Assembly: GCA_946965045.2 (NCBI GenBank)
Contig: OX337241.1
Location: 744,001-808,000 of the forward strand
Reading direction: 5' to 3'
DNA length: 64,000 nucleotides
Source: Epithemia pelagica
Lineage: Eukaryota; Protista; Bacillariophyta
Shown here: positions 1-10,394 of the stretch, one piece after another
Layout of the letters: every line of letters begins with the position of its first letter
Numbering within the stretch: the first letter of the stretch is position 1
Notes under the pieces: generated by a model
Databases searched by the model: none
Seen by the model: only the letters and a program-made list of their open reading frames with translations
What the model was told of the DNA's origin: nothing
Made by a program: the position numbers and the translations under genes

Positions 1-3000
1 TGCTTCACGAATTCGTTTTTCTTTGCTCATTTCAGCACAAACTTCAGGTGTTTCCAATCCACCAGACAAGAGAGAGCGTTCATCCTCGTCCTCAGAAAGT
101 TCCTCAAAGTACGTCATACCAATGGACTGATCGTTTGTGACTAGCCCCTTCTCTGCATCTGCTTTCTTGTTGTACTCCACATAACTCTGAGTTGCATCCC
201 TCATGCCACTCATCTGAACAAGAGCAGTTTGTCTTGTAGAGAAATCCTTGGTGGCCGCTTTCTCCTTTGTGGATGAATCCATAGTTGTGCCTGCCTCGTT
301 CAATGTATCAGACGTCTCGGAGTTACCAATTCCAACGTAGTGTGATATTTGTTGTTTAGTATTTCGTTGCAATTCCAACTCTCTGGCGATAATCTCCCGC
401 TTAAGTGACCTGGTTAGAAAATCCATTGTCCTCATTTCATAATGCTTCTTCAGCATATTCGCCATAAGTTTATTCTGTTGAAACCACGTTCCTAACGAAA
501 AAATGCGTTCCTGGAACGCATTGGTGGACGGCTTTGTGAGCCATATCATTGCCATCACATACATAAGAGGGAATTCTGTCTTGTGATCGCTCCACCAGGC
601 CATGATATCGAAATACTTTGATATCTGACAATAATTCGAATTCAAACAGGCTTTTCGAAAAGCAGTCTTCTCCTGTTCGTTCCATTTTGGTGCCTCGTTT
701 GAATATTTCTCTGTTGGATAGTCTGCAATGACCTTGGCCCATTGCTTGTCAATATGGACCCCACACATTCGTTTAAAGGAATCGAAGGCTTCTGTGCAAG
801 CATTTTTTAATGCCACCAGAACCTCGGTTTCTGTGCCTCCCATAGAGGCCGCTCCAGTGATCTGGAGAAGGGCCTGTTCTTTGAGTTCTCTTGTTCTGCG
901 TATGGACTCAAAAACATCTTCTTCTTCATACCGTTCCTTCTTCTTTCGTGAAGATCCTGTGTTGCCTGGGTTGGTAGGGGGAGTTGCTGTAGTCTCTTTG
1001 GGTGGAGTAGTTGGTTCCCCCTGGGATTGCTGTCGTTGTTTTTCAAGTAGCGCGCCAAGAGGTGAAGCCTTAGCGTTGCTGAACTTGGACATCATGTCGT
1101 CTAAGAAAATACGACGAGCCTTCCTTACTTTTTCGGAATCGAATATGGCCAAAGACTGGAACATGTTGTCATAAATATTCGCCAACATAGGATTGCAGCA
1201 AACTGCTTTCAACGCATCCTCATCTGTATCCAAAAGATAGATGCAGTACTCATGCAGAATCCGGCGAATGAGCTTCTTGGGACCATCACCCAATTCATTG
1301 TAAGACACTCCAATTCGCAATGCGTTCAACTCACTCATGGGTGCAGATGCATCCCATTTCTCGTCTTCTTCAAGATCCGCCTCGTTGACTGGAACGCAGG
1401 AGACTTTGCTCATCCTCATTCGTTCAGTCTTGAAATGAGAGAGATAAATCTCCAGAAGCGTGGCCGAACTGGCGCCAGGTTCGTCGGTTTGGAGCTGTAG
1501 AGCAACAGCCTTCAGAGGACTGAGGATACCTTCATATTGGGCCAGAAGGTCCCATTCGTCTTGAGTAGGATATAGAGAAACAAAAGTAGGGTCACTGAGT
1601 TTTGATGTCAGGACATAAAGATCGAAAAACCATTTGTTCCGCAGTAAAGCTTGGATGAGAATGACACATCCACCAACACGGGTGTCGTTTGGCATGGGGA
1701 TTAAGATCAACGTGAACCCCAGTTCTTCGGCCTTCTTCTTGAGTTTCTCCCAACGATGAAATGCGTGCTTGCTAGTCACCCACCCAGCCAGTTTCTTGAA
1801 TTTTCCATACAGTTCACAAAATTCTGGAAAAGAATCGATAAGAACACCTTTCCTGAACCGTTGCACAAGCCCTGTGGCGTGCTTGAGGACCAATTCGGCC
1901 CGATGCATATCGCATCGGCCAACCTTGGCATGATCTCCGACAATGTATTTACCGGCAAGGACAGCAGCTGATGTATTGTCATTTACCGAAGCCACAAGGT
2001 CGTCTTGATTGAAACCGACAGACATGAGTAGGGAGTGTGTTAGGTTAGCCACATCCACGGCCGCATGGCCCTTAGTTTCAGCCAAGCCAATGGGGATTCG
2101 ATATACAACACTATTGCGTGGGTCAGCAAACATGAGAGTGACCCCAAGGACATCATGACGTCGCGCCTGCCAAATGTCGTGGCAGACCGTGGCAAACGCA
2201 ATCTCTTTGCCACATAGGGTCTTGTATTCTTCTCGGACGTTCCTTGCTAGAGAGGCAACAGTTGAGACATAGTCCTTGTATGAATCCATTCGAAGCTTGG
2301 TGACCTGGCGGCGGCTCATGACTTCGGCACGGGTGTCCTTTAGTTGGCCACCATTTTGAAAAGCATATCGGAGGAGTTCCCGGAACTGGGGTTTTTCCAC
2401 GGTATTGGCGGGGAGACAACAATCATTTACAAACTCGTATATGAGCTGTCTTAATTGTCCAACGGCTTCCTTGCGAGGAGATAGGTCGGATGTGAACCCT
2501 TTTAGTGTAGATTGGTTCAACTTCTCTTCACTTGACACTCCAAATACTTTTTCGTCGCCCCCATGATGCTTGTCAATGTGCTGCTTCACATTGGATGGCT
2601 TCTCATCGCTGCAGGTAATGCAACATTTAAACAAAGGGACATCGGGGTTTTTAAAACAGAGCGGACAGAGAACCATTCGGTGAGCAAGTAATTTGTACTT
2701 GGCCTTGTACTCCTTGTTGGAAAGTTCTCCTTCAACAACAATAGGGAGAGGATTCCCATCGGCATCGTATTCTTGGTCTTGTACGGGTGGTTCTCCCAAG
2801 AACTCACCCATGATATCATGGATTTTCGAAAAGCCTCGAAAAGAGGCTGGAAGATCCTTCAGGGTGCCATCCCATACCCACTTGAATAGGGCTTGCCAAT
2901 CAACATGGAGAACCCAATCCCAACGTTTCGAGGGGCTGTTGGAGAATAAGAGGTTAGGCTTCCCCTTGTGGACAGGGATAAGTTCTTTTTCAGACAGGAT

Positions 3001-3120
3001 GAATTCTTGTTTGGCATTGACTTGGTCTTCGATCTCCTCCTGAACGATTTTGTTTCTTGCAGAAACGGCTGCCGATTGCTTTGGAAGAGGAGTCTTCTTC
3101 TTCTTCGACGAAGGTGACAT
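1..3120 (-). CDS. hAT transposase, copy 1, 3'-truncated by the window edge (at least 1040 aa)
   Basis: Not in the ORF track because there is no stop inside the window. Hand translation from ATG at 3120 is open to position 1. Motifs: BED-like CPLC..HIDKHH, CHDIWQ, VNDNTS, CDMH (CxxH), PNDTR, and hATC WWSDHKTEFP..PSTNAFQERIFS. Confidence 0.9.
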   Translation of the reverse strand, partial: MSPSSKKKKTPLPKQSAAVSARNKIVQEEIEDQVNAKQEFILSEKELIPVHKGKPNLLFSNSPSKRWDWVLHVDWQALFKWVWDGTLKDLPASFRGFSKIHDIMGEFLGEPPVQDQEYDADGNPLPIVVEGELSNKEYKAKYKLLAHRMVLCPLCFKNPDVPLFKCCITCSDEKPSNVKQHIDKHHGGDEKVFGVSSEEKLNQSTLKGFTSDLSPRKEAVGQLRQLIYEFVNDCCLPANTVEKPQFRELLRYAFQNGGQLKDTRAEVMSRRQVTKLRMDSYKDYVSTVASLARNVREEYKTLCGKEIAFATVCHDIWQARRHDVLGVTLMFADPRNSVVYRIPIGLAETKGHAAVDVANLTHSLLMSVGFNQDDLVASVNDNTSAAVLAGKYIVGDHAKVGRCDMHRAELVLKHATGLVQRFRKGVLIDSFPEFCELYGKFKKLAGWVTSKHAFHRWEKLKKKAEELGFTLILIPMPNDTRVGGCVILIQALLRNKWFFDLYVLTSKLSDPTFVSLYPTQDEWDLLAQYEGILSPLKAVALQLQTDEPGASSATLLEIYLSHFKTERMRMSKVSCVPVNEADLEEDEKWDASAPMSELNALRIGVSYNELGDGPKKLIRRILHEYCIYLLDTDEDALKAVCCNPMLANIYDNMFQSLAIFDSEKVRKARRIFLDDMMSKFSNAKASPLGALLEKQRQQSQGEPTTPPKETTATPPTNPGNTGSSRKKKERYEEEDVFESIRRTRELKEQALLQITGAASMGGTETEVLVALKNACTEAFDSFKRMCGVHIDKQWAKVIADYPTEKYSNEAPKWNEQEKTAFRKACLNSNYCQISKYFDIMAWWSDHKTEFPLMYVMAMIWLTKPSTNAFQERIFSLGTWFQQNKLMANMLKKHYEMRTMDFLTRSLKREIIARELELQRNTKQQISHYVGIGNSETSDTLNEAGTTMDSSTKEKAATKDFSTRQTALVQMSGMRDATQSYVEYNKKADAEKGLVTNDQSIGMTYFEELSEDEDERSLLSGGLETPEVCAEMSKEKRIREA

Positions 3121-3596
3121 GATTCTTGTTGTCAATAACTTCACCAACTAGTGATCAGGGATCGGTGGGAGAGTGAGTCTGATCCTGCGATGGAACTTTG
3201 GCTGATTGTTGAAGGTAAAGGTACGCAATCTTTGGAGGTGCAGTGACCATGTGATCCATTTCTCATCTGTTTGTTTTCAATAATAAGATTCGCAGAGGGG
3301 GGCAGTGTCTATCTTTGCGTCAGTTACTAAGGGTAAATACAGTGATTGCGGCGATGACACTATTAACTGACAAATGTCAGTAAATGATGTCATATTCGTA
3401 GGATGAGGATTAATTTGGTCAAGAACGGAGGCCAGACAATGAGGTCGTGAGGAATGTGGGGGGATATTACCCTACTAGAATGGTGGGTAATATCATTATA
3501 GAATATATGTGTATGGCGAGAGATATGAGGAATTAATTCTTAGAATAATTCATGGCAGGAAAAATGGGAGAATTAATTCGAAAAATATATGATATA

Positions 3597-3938
3597 TAAG
3601 ACTGGTTCCATTGTGGGCACGGATATTTCAGAGGGGTCCCAATTTGAGTTCGTTACATAGATCAACTCGTCTTTGAATGCTCTTTCGATTGGTTCAATAT
3701 ATGCCTCGCCAAATTAAGATATACACTTTGAAATATTGGGCTAAAGTATGGCCGGCAAAATTTTAGTATTCAAAACCCTAATGTGAGATGTGCTAAAAGG
3801 TACGTAAAAACGGTACTGCAGTCGCGCACGTGAATGACAATAGGGGTATATCGCGCGCATACCGCGCAAAACTTTCAAGCTTGATTTCTCGGAAAGTGGA
3901 TTTTTCAAATATCCCTGGTGACGATGGAATCAGTCTTA
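3597..3938. mobile_element. 342-bp MITE with TA TSD (Tc1/mariner-type) nested in hAT copy 1
   Basis: TAAGACTGGTTCCATTG at 3597-3613 versus the reverse complement of 3922-3938, TAAGACTGATTCCATCG (15/17). Flanked by TA (3595-3596, 3939-3940). No equivalent segment in the matching region of hAT copy 2. Confidence 0.75.
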
Positions 3939-4003
3939 TATGAATTTAATGACCAAATTACGTCAGATCAGTTGAAATATGAATAAGTAGCTTCACAACC
4001 CTG

Positions 4004-4085
4004 TTTATAGACTGCATGTCGTGGATAAGATGCAACTGCCGATGTCAATTTCCCTCAACTCTTCTATTCCCGGTTTCCGGGGTGT
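4004..4085. repeat. 82-bp inverted repeat, left arm (partner 11255-11336)
   Basis: TTTATAGACTGCATGTC...CCGGGGTGT is the exact reverse complement of 11255-11336 and starts at the base after the hAT copy-1 terminus. Confidence 0.95.
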
Positions 4086-4145
4086 GCTCGGTTTTTGGCT
4101 AGGCGCTCATCCCCAAAGGAGGTGCTATGGAGGCACTCATATGAC

Positions 4146-4167
4146 CTAGATATCAGGGTTGTGAAGT
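4146..4167 (+). repeat. TSD (CTAGATAT, 4146-4153) plus left TIR (CAGGGTTGTGAAGT, 4154-4167) of hAT copy 2
   Basis: Read directly from the sequence; matches the right end at 10919-10940. Confidence 0.95.
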
Positions 4168-4595
4168 ACCTTAACGACATATATGAATATAATTAGTGTA
4201 ATATATCCTGCGACCAAAAATAGTAGGATAAATTAATATCATATAATTCATATCTATCTACCTTTATGAATTTCATTTTTTCAAATATTCATTGCCTATA
4301 AAACCATTTTACTTCATTTCGGTTATATATTCATTTCTGAAAATCTAACGGAATTAATTTCTCTCATTAATTACTTCCTATAATTATGTCTTATTTCACT
4401 TTACTTAATTAAATGATGTGAATTAATTCTGCTCATTTTAGTAATTATATTCATTCCATTGTGTTTCACACACAATATCGCTATGGCTACGTGACTCGTG
4501 ACCGATCCAGTCATGTTACAGGACTGTAGGAGAGAACAGTACTTCCGAGGTGCTGCTTTTGCATCAACGCCTCACTTGTTGAACACCATGGCACC

Positions 4596-6497
4596 ATGGC
4601 ACTTGCTTCCCGTCCAAATGTTATTTTCGAATCGAAATGCTTTCCCCAATACCTCATGCATTGCAACCCTTCTTTATATACCATATTGATTGAATTGAAA
4701 GGCACACTTGCCTCGCAAAATCCTTCTGTCTCCCAAACATTACATGCCATTCAACGAAAAACCATACACTGGCTCATCCGTGTTGGTGGTCAAATCGAAT
4801 GTCCTCAACATGATACTGCCACACACAAATGCTGTATTCCCACTCTCTCTTTCCAAGATAAGCTCGACTTGATTTCCAGTATCATCCATCATACTCTTTT
4901 CCGAGGAACCCCCATCGCCAAGGACCCTTCCTTTCCTACTCAACACTATTGCATTGTGGATCAGCCCACTGCTTGCACGACCATCATTCTATCTCTTCGG
5001 TGCAATACACAATTTACAATTGTTGAAAACAATGCAATGACTGACTGTCTTCATTTCATAGAACACCAGCGCACGGTTTGTCCTACCACTTCTATCCATT
5101 CTCTTGTCACATCTTGGATGATCAGGAAGATGCCCCTTATTTGTGTCCGTCAAAGACCACAAGAAATGGATGGGTTCAATGTCCTTGATTTACCCATTTC
5201 TCCAAGAGATGAATGTTCACCTCAAACCGAGTTCTACATCCCCTCGACTGCAGCTCCTTTCCTTTCCTTGCTCGAGGATCATGCGAGCGCCACCACCTCT
5301 TGTGTCGCATCAAAAGAGGAAATAGAAATTGTTCATCCTAACCCTACACCAACTTGTCATGCAACAGGAATAACAAGTTATCAATCAGCTCTTCGATCTC
5401 CAACTCCTCCGCAACAACCAACCCACAGTCTTCAATCTTCATACGAGACTCCCCAACGGCCACAGGATCTGACCCACTCCGTATCAACTATGGCTGATGT
5501 TGCTACTCATTCACCCAAAAAGCAAAGAACCTTGAATCAAAACCTGTTTCCGGCTCATCGGTATTCAACTAGAGGTCAGAATGGTAAGATCACTGAATAC
5601 CTTCTGTCCATGTCACGGTCGAAGAAAACAATTCAGTATGTTGATGGCCAGACACAGAGACACATGCCCGGAGAAAAACCACTCCTCAAACAACACACAG
5701 AGACTCATGTACCACTTCCTGATTACGACAAACATCCAGAACTCAAACTGGAGCGGATTCTACAATTTTATTCCCTTCTAAACTTTTGGGAACCCTTGAA
5801 GAAGGACGGAATCGATGTTCCTCGCGATTCCTGGGAGGATTGGGTGGATTCATCTATTTCCCTAGATGACCCACAGGCCGACAGAGCTTTCATGTTCTTG
5901 ATGACAATCTGCATGAGCTCCAGTACCTCAGATGCTCAGCTCAGCACCATCATGCCGCGCGTGTTTTCATTTGGATTAACTTCTGCCACTGCCGTATCGG
6001 ATATTGCTTTTATGAATGCTTTCTGTTCCATCCTCTCTGAAGCAGGCCTTTTCTACAAAAACACTGAATGCATTCTCAATGCCGCTGATTACTTTATACA
6101 ACAATATAATGGCACGGTTCCCCCCAACATATCCATCGAAGAGCTCTCTACTTTGTATGGGATTGGGTATAAAACGGCTGCGATAGTGGTTGAAGCCTCT
6201 TTTGGTCGAACCGACGGAATTCCTTCGGACATCCATGTGATGCGATGGAGCAAGTATTTGGGCTGGACTGCAAGTACATCGAATGGCTATCATTGCTCTA
6301 AAGAATTGGAATCCTGGGTTCCCCGACATTTCTGGAATAGAGTCAATCCACTGCTTGGGTCACTCAGCCAAATGGCTGTGTCTTCTGAAGCACCCAAAGT
6401 TCGAGAGCTCCTTGTAGAGTACAAGCATATGTGCCCTGACTTCAAAGCCAAGGTATTGAGTCAATTCGACAGATATACTAAGAAGAGAAAGTCGTAG
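4596..6497 (+). CDS. 633-aa protein with a C-terminal endonuclease III (Nth)-like HhH-GPD DNA glycosylase/AP-lyase domain, inside the hAT element
   Basis: MSSSTSD (cf. Nth S-Q-T/A-x-D), HhH LYGIGYKTA with the catalytic Lys, GIPSDIHVMRWSKYLGW with the catalytic Asp, and LESWVP..W..VNPLLGSLSQ. No C-terminal 4Fe-4S Cys cluster. NLS-like KKRKS and PKKQR. The N-terminal ~390 aa are unassigned. Confidence 0.85.
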   Translation: MALASRPNVIFESKCFPQYLMHCNPSLYTILIELKGTLASQNPSVSQTLHAIQRKTIHWLIRVGGQIECPQHDTATHKCCIPTLSFQDKLDLISSIIHHTLFRGTPIAKDPSFPTQHYCIVDQPTACTTIILSLRCNTQFTIVENNAMTDCLHFIEHQRTVCPTTSIHSLVTSWMIRKMPLICVRQRPQEMDGFNVLDLPISPRDECSPQTEFYIPSTAAPFLSLLEDHASATTSCVASKEEIEIVHPNPTPTCHATGITSYQSALRSPTPPQQPTHSLQSSYETPQRPQDLTHSVSTMADVATHSPKKQRTLNQNLFPAHRYSTRGQNGKITEYLLSMSRSKKTIQYVDGQTQRHMPGEKPLLKQHTETHVPLPDYDKHPELKLERILQFYSLLNFWEPLKKDGIDVPRDSWEDWVDSSISLDDPQADRAFMFLMTICMSSSTSDAQLSTIMPRVFSFGLTSATAVSDIAFMNAFCSILSEAGLFYKNTECILNAADYFIQQYNGTVPPNISIEELSTLYGIGYKTAAIVVEASFGRTDGIPSDIHVMRWSKYLGWTASTSNGYHCSKELESWVPRHFWNRVNPLLGSLSQMAVSSEAPKVRELLVEYKHMCPDFKAKVLSQFDRYTKKRKS

Positions 6498-6612
6498 TAG
6501 TTTTCCTTCTACTTTTTTAATGTAACGTCAATCCACGTAATACTAATTCTTGTTAATCTCTCTTTGTTCTTGTTAATCTCTCCTGTCGTCATTACATCAT
6601 CACCTTGGAGTC

Positions 6613-9600
6613 TTAATCTTCATGATGATCATTATCTTCATGATCATTCTCTTCTTCCGCATCTGAATCGGACTCTAACTCTTTCAAGACATCGACAATT
6701 TTGTCGTATTCGGACTTATCATTCACACCCTCATCTTCATCGTCCTCTGCATTGTATTCCCGATCATCCTTCGGTGCACCCTTTCTCTGTTTGACAAGTG
6801 TCCTAATGTCCCCTTGACGCCGACCACCTTTGTCTTGTTGTTTCTCATCTATCTTTGGAGCACACGGAGAACCCACCTGCAGTTTGTCTTGTCTCTTAGT
6901 TTTGGCTTTGCGAGGAGGAGACCTACGAGTTGGCAGGAGCTTTTGTTGTTTTGTTTTCTTACGAGAAGATCCAGTTCCACTGCCACTGCCCTTACGCTTG
7001 ACCCCAGTGGTGTCTTCTGCAATAGTGAGATTAATCGTGTCCTGCACTACCGCATCCTCCAGTCCTTTCAACTCATCATCAAATACCTTGTTCATGGCGG
7101 CGTCGCTATCTTCGTCATCATCGTTGTCACTCTCGTCCGCAGATGAGTGTGGTGCTGAATCGTCATCTGGATGTCTGTCAAACCGCACTACTTTCACAGT
7201 GTCCCATTCAATGGGTTTCTTTTTGCCTTCTTGGACCAACTTTGAAAGCCGTTGTGCATGTTGAACTCTTTTCTTTTTCGCCATTTCAGCCCGGGCTTCT
7301 GGTGTTTCTAAACTTCCAATAACCTGCTGCAAGTCATCTTCATCGCTATCGTCACTGAGGTCTTCAAAATATTGGAAGTGTACTGACGCATCATTAGTGA
7401 CACGATCCTTTTCGGCGTCTGCCTTCTTATTGTAGGCAATAAAGCCCTGAGTTGCATCTCTCATGCCACTCATTTGCACCAGGGCCATTTGTTCTGTTGA
7501 GACTTTTTCCTTGACAGGTGGCGTCTTGGTATTTACTGTCCTCCCTTGTTCTGAACCCTCTTGTGCAGTACCGGCTTCTTCCGAGATGCCGACTCCGACA
7601 TAATGGCTTTGAGGTTTGTCGGAGGCCATCTGAAGCTCCATCTCCCTCTTAACAATCTCTCGTTTAATAGACCGCGTAAGACAATCAATGCTTCTCATTT
7701 CAAAATGTTTTTTGAGCAGGTTAGCCATCAGCTTGTTCTGTTGGAACCACGTTCCCAAAGAAAAAATACGCTCTTGAAACGCATTAGTAGATGGTTTGGT
7801 CAACCAAATCATGGCCATGACGTACATCATAGGAAATTCTTTCTTGTGTGAATTCCACCAGGCCATGATATCGAAATATTTGCCAATCTGGCAATAGTTG
7901 CCGTTCCGACACGCTTTATGAAAGAAGGACTTTTGTTCATCGTTCCAATCTGGTTCCTCATTCTTGTACAGCTTAGTAGGATATTGGGCGATTACTTCGG
8001 CCCACTTTTTATCCACGTGAACACCACACATTCTTTTGAAAGCGTCAATCGACTCCTGACACGCGTTTTTCAAAGCTAATAAGACTTCAGTCTCTGAACC
8101 AGCCAGGGATGCAGCACCAGAGATCTGCAGAAGGGCCTGTTCCTTCAGTTCTCTGGTGCGACGCATCGATTCGAAGACGTCTTCTTCTTGATAGCGTTCT
8201 TTTTTTTGGATCCGGCTTTGGATCCTGCTTTGGATGCAATTGGAGGAGTCATTGGGTTGTCGGTTTTTTCGTCGGAGTCTTTGTCGGATGGTTTTTGTTG
8301 CTTGTGGATAAGAGCACCAATAGGACTAGCCGTCCCACTGCTAAACTTTTTCATCATGTCGTCCAAGAAAACTTGGCGGGCTTTGCGTACCTTCTCCGAG
8401 TCGAACGCAGCAAGAGATTGGAAGGTATCTTCGTAAATATCTGCCAACATAGGGTTGCAGCAGACTGCCTTCAAAGCATCTTCGTCCGTATCAAGAAGAT
8501 ACATACGGTACTCATGAAGAATGCGGCGAATGAGTTTCCTGGGTCCATCACCCAGCTCATGATACGCCACTCCGACGCGCAATGAGTTTAGTTCACTAAT
8601 GGTTGCAGAAGCATCCCATTTCTCGTCTTCTTCCAGATCAACTTCGTTCACCGGAATGCAGGCCACTTTGCTCATCCTCATGCGTTCTGTTTGGAAGTGC
8701 AAAAGGTAGATTTCCAACAGCGTTGCCGAACTAGCGCCTGGGTCGTCAGATTGCAACGAGAGTCCAACTGCCTTCAATGGGCTCAAGATGCCTTCGTATT
8801 GTGCTAGAAGTTCCCATTCATCTTCAGTTGGATAAAGCCGAACAAAAGTTGGGTCACTTGCTTTCGAAGGGAGGACATACAAGTCGAAGAACCATTTGTT
8901 GCGCAGAAATGCTTGAATCAGAATGATGCAGCCCATAACGCGAGTGTCGTTAGGAATGGGTAGTAAGATCAGATGGTATCCCAGTTCTTCTGCCTTTTTC
9001 TTAAGCTTTTCCCAACGATGAAAGGCATGCTTGCTTGTTACCCAACCACCCAGTTTTTTAAATTTTCCATATAGGTCGCAAAAGTCAGGGAAAGAGTCAA
9101 TGAGAACTCCTTTCCTATACCTTTCTACGAGTCCTGTAGCATGCTTGAGGACCAACTCGGCCCTATGCATATCACACCGACCTGCCTTGGAATGATCACC
9201 CACAATGTACTTGCCCGCCAGTACCGCGGCCGACGTATTGTCGTTAACCGAAGCAATTAGGTCGTCTTGGTTGAAACCAACAGACAGCAAGAGTGAGTGT
9301 GTCAGGTTGGCTACATCAGCGGCCGAATGCCCTTTGGTTTCGGCCAAACTAATAGGGATTCGGTAGACGACACTGTTTCTTGGGTCACTGAACATTAATG
9401 TGACTCCTAATACGTCATGCCGTCTTGCCTGCCAAATGTCATGGCATACCGTCGCGAAGGGTATTTCCTGACCGCATAGAGTCTTGTATTCTTCGCGAAC
9501 ATTTCTAGCAAGTGCAGCAACGGTCGACACGTAGTCCTTATAGGAATCGACACGCAACTTTGTCACTTGTCGCCTGCTCATCGCTTCGGCCCGGGTGTCC

Positions 9601-10394
9601 TTAAGCTGTCCCCCATTGTTGAATGCATATCGGAGCAATTCGCGAAATTGGGGCTTTTCGATGGTGCTCGCAGGCAAACAACAATCATTAACGAATTCGT
9701 AGATAAGTTGTTGCAATTGACCAATGGCTTTCTTTCGGGGAGAAACTTCTGCCGTGAAACCTTCAAGTGTTGTTTGGTTCAATTTGTCTTCGATCACAAC
9801 TCCAAATACTTTTTCATCGCCACCATGATGTTTATCTGTGTGCTGTTTCACATTGGAAGGCTTGTTATCACTGCAACTAATGCAACATTTCGCCAAAGGG
9901 ATGTCCGGGTTTTTGAAACAAAGTGGACAAATTACCATTCGATGAGAAAGTGGCTTGTACTTGTCCTTGTATTCCTTGTCAGAAAGTTCTCCTTCAGGAT
10001 CAATTGGAAGAGGATTTCCATCATTATCATATTCGGCTTCTTGTTGTGGGGGTACTCCAAGGTAATCCTCCATGAGGTCGTGGAGCTTCACAAACCCTTT
10101 GAAGGTAGCGGGAAGATCTCTGACTGTGCCGTCCCAAAGCCATTTGAAAAATGCCTGCCAATCAACATGGAGAACCCAATCCCAACGTTTTGAAGGACTG
10201 TTGGAAAATAGAAGTTTGGGTTTCCCTTGATGAAGAGGGATGAGCTCTTTTTCGGCAAGGATGCGTTCTTGTTTTGCTCGGACTTGATCTTCTATCTCTT
10301 CTTGGACGACTTTGTTACGGGCAGCAATCGCAGACGCCTTCATCTTGGGAGGAGGAGGCTTCTTTTTCGAAGGCTTTTTGGAGGTAGGCGACAT
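6613..10394 (-). pseudogene. hAT transposase, copy 2, split by a 1-nt frameshift in an A8 run (plus-strand T 8200-8207); ~1260 aa if corrected
   Basis: ORF 8145-10418 has the BED-like finger, CHDIWQ, VNDNTS, CDMH and PNDTR. ORF 6613-8166 has hATC WWNSHKKEFP..PSTNAFQERIFS. One extra A gives KKKERYQEEDVFESMRRTRELKEQ, collinear with copy 1 KKKERYEEEDVFESIRRTRELKEQ. Confidence 0.85.

Larger units (their letters stand above)
1..4003 (-). mobile_element. hAT-superfamily DNA transposon, copy 1 (5' part only; continues left of the window)
   Basis: Ends at 4003 in CTTCACAACCCTG (3991-4003), the same terminus as the complete element at 4154-10932. Contains a transposase ORF, and its upstream non-coding region resembles 10395-10740. 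Confidence 0.9.

Noticed and set aside
4800-5160. Faint AlkB/2OG-oxygenase-like look (TIILSLRCNTQFTI..HSLV..R) in the cargo N-terminus
   Set aside because: No properly spaced HxD..H triad could be established by eye; needs a profile search.
6545-6585. TTCTTGTTAATCTCTC duplicated between the two convergent stops
   Set aside because: A simple slippage-type micro-duplication with no evidence of function.
9567-10193. 208-aa plus-strand ORF inside hAT copy 2, as a possible second cargo gene
   Set aside because: Lies fully antisense to the transposase and has no motif support.
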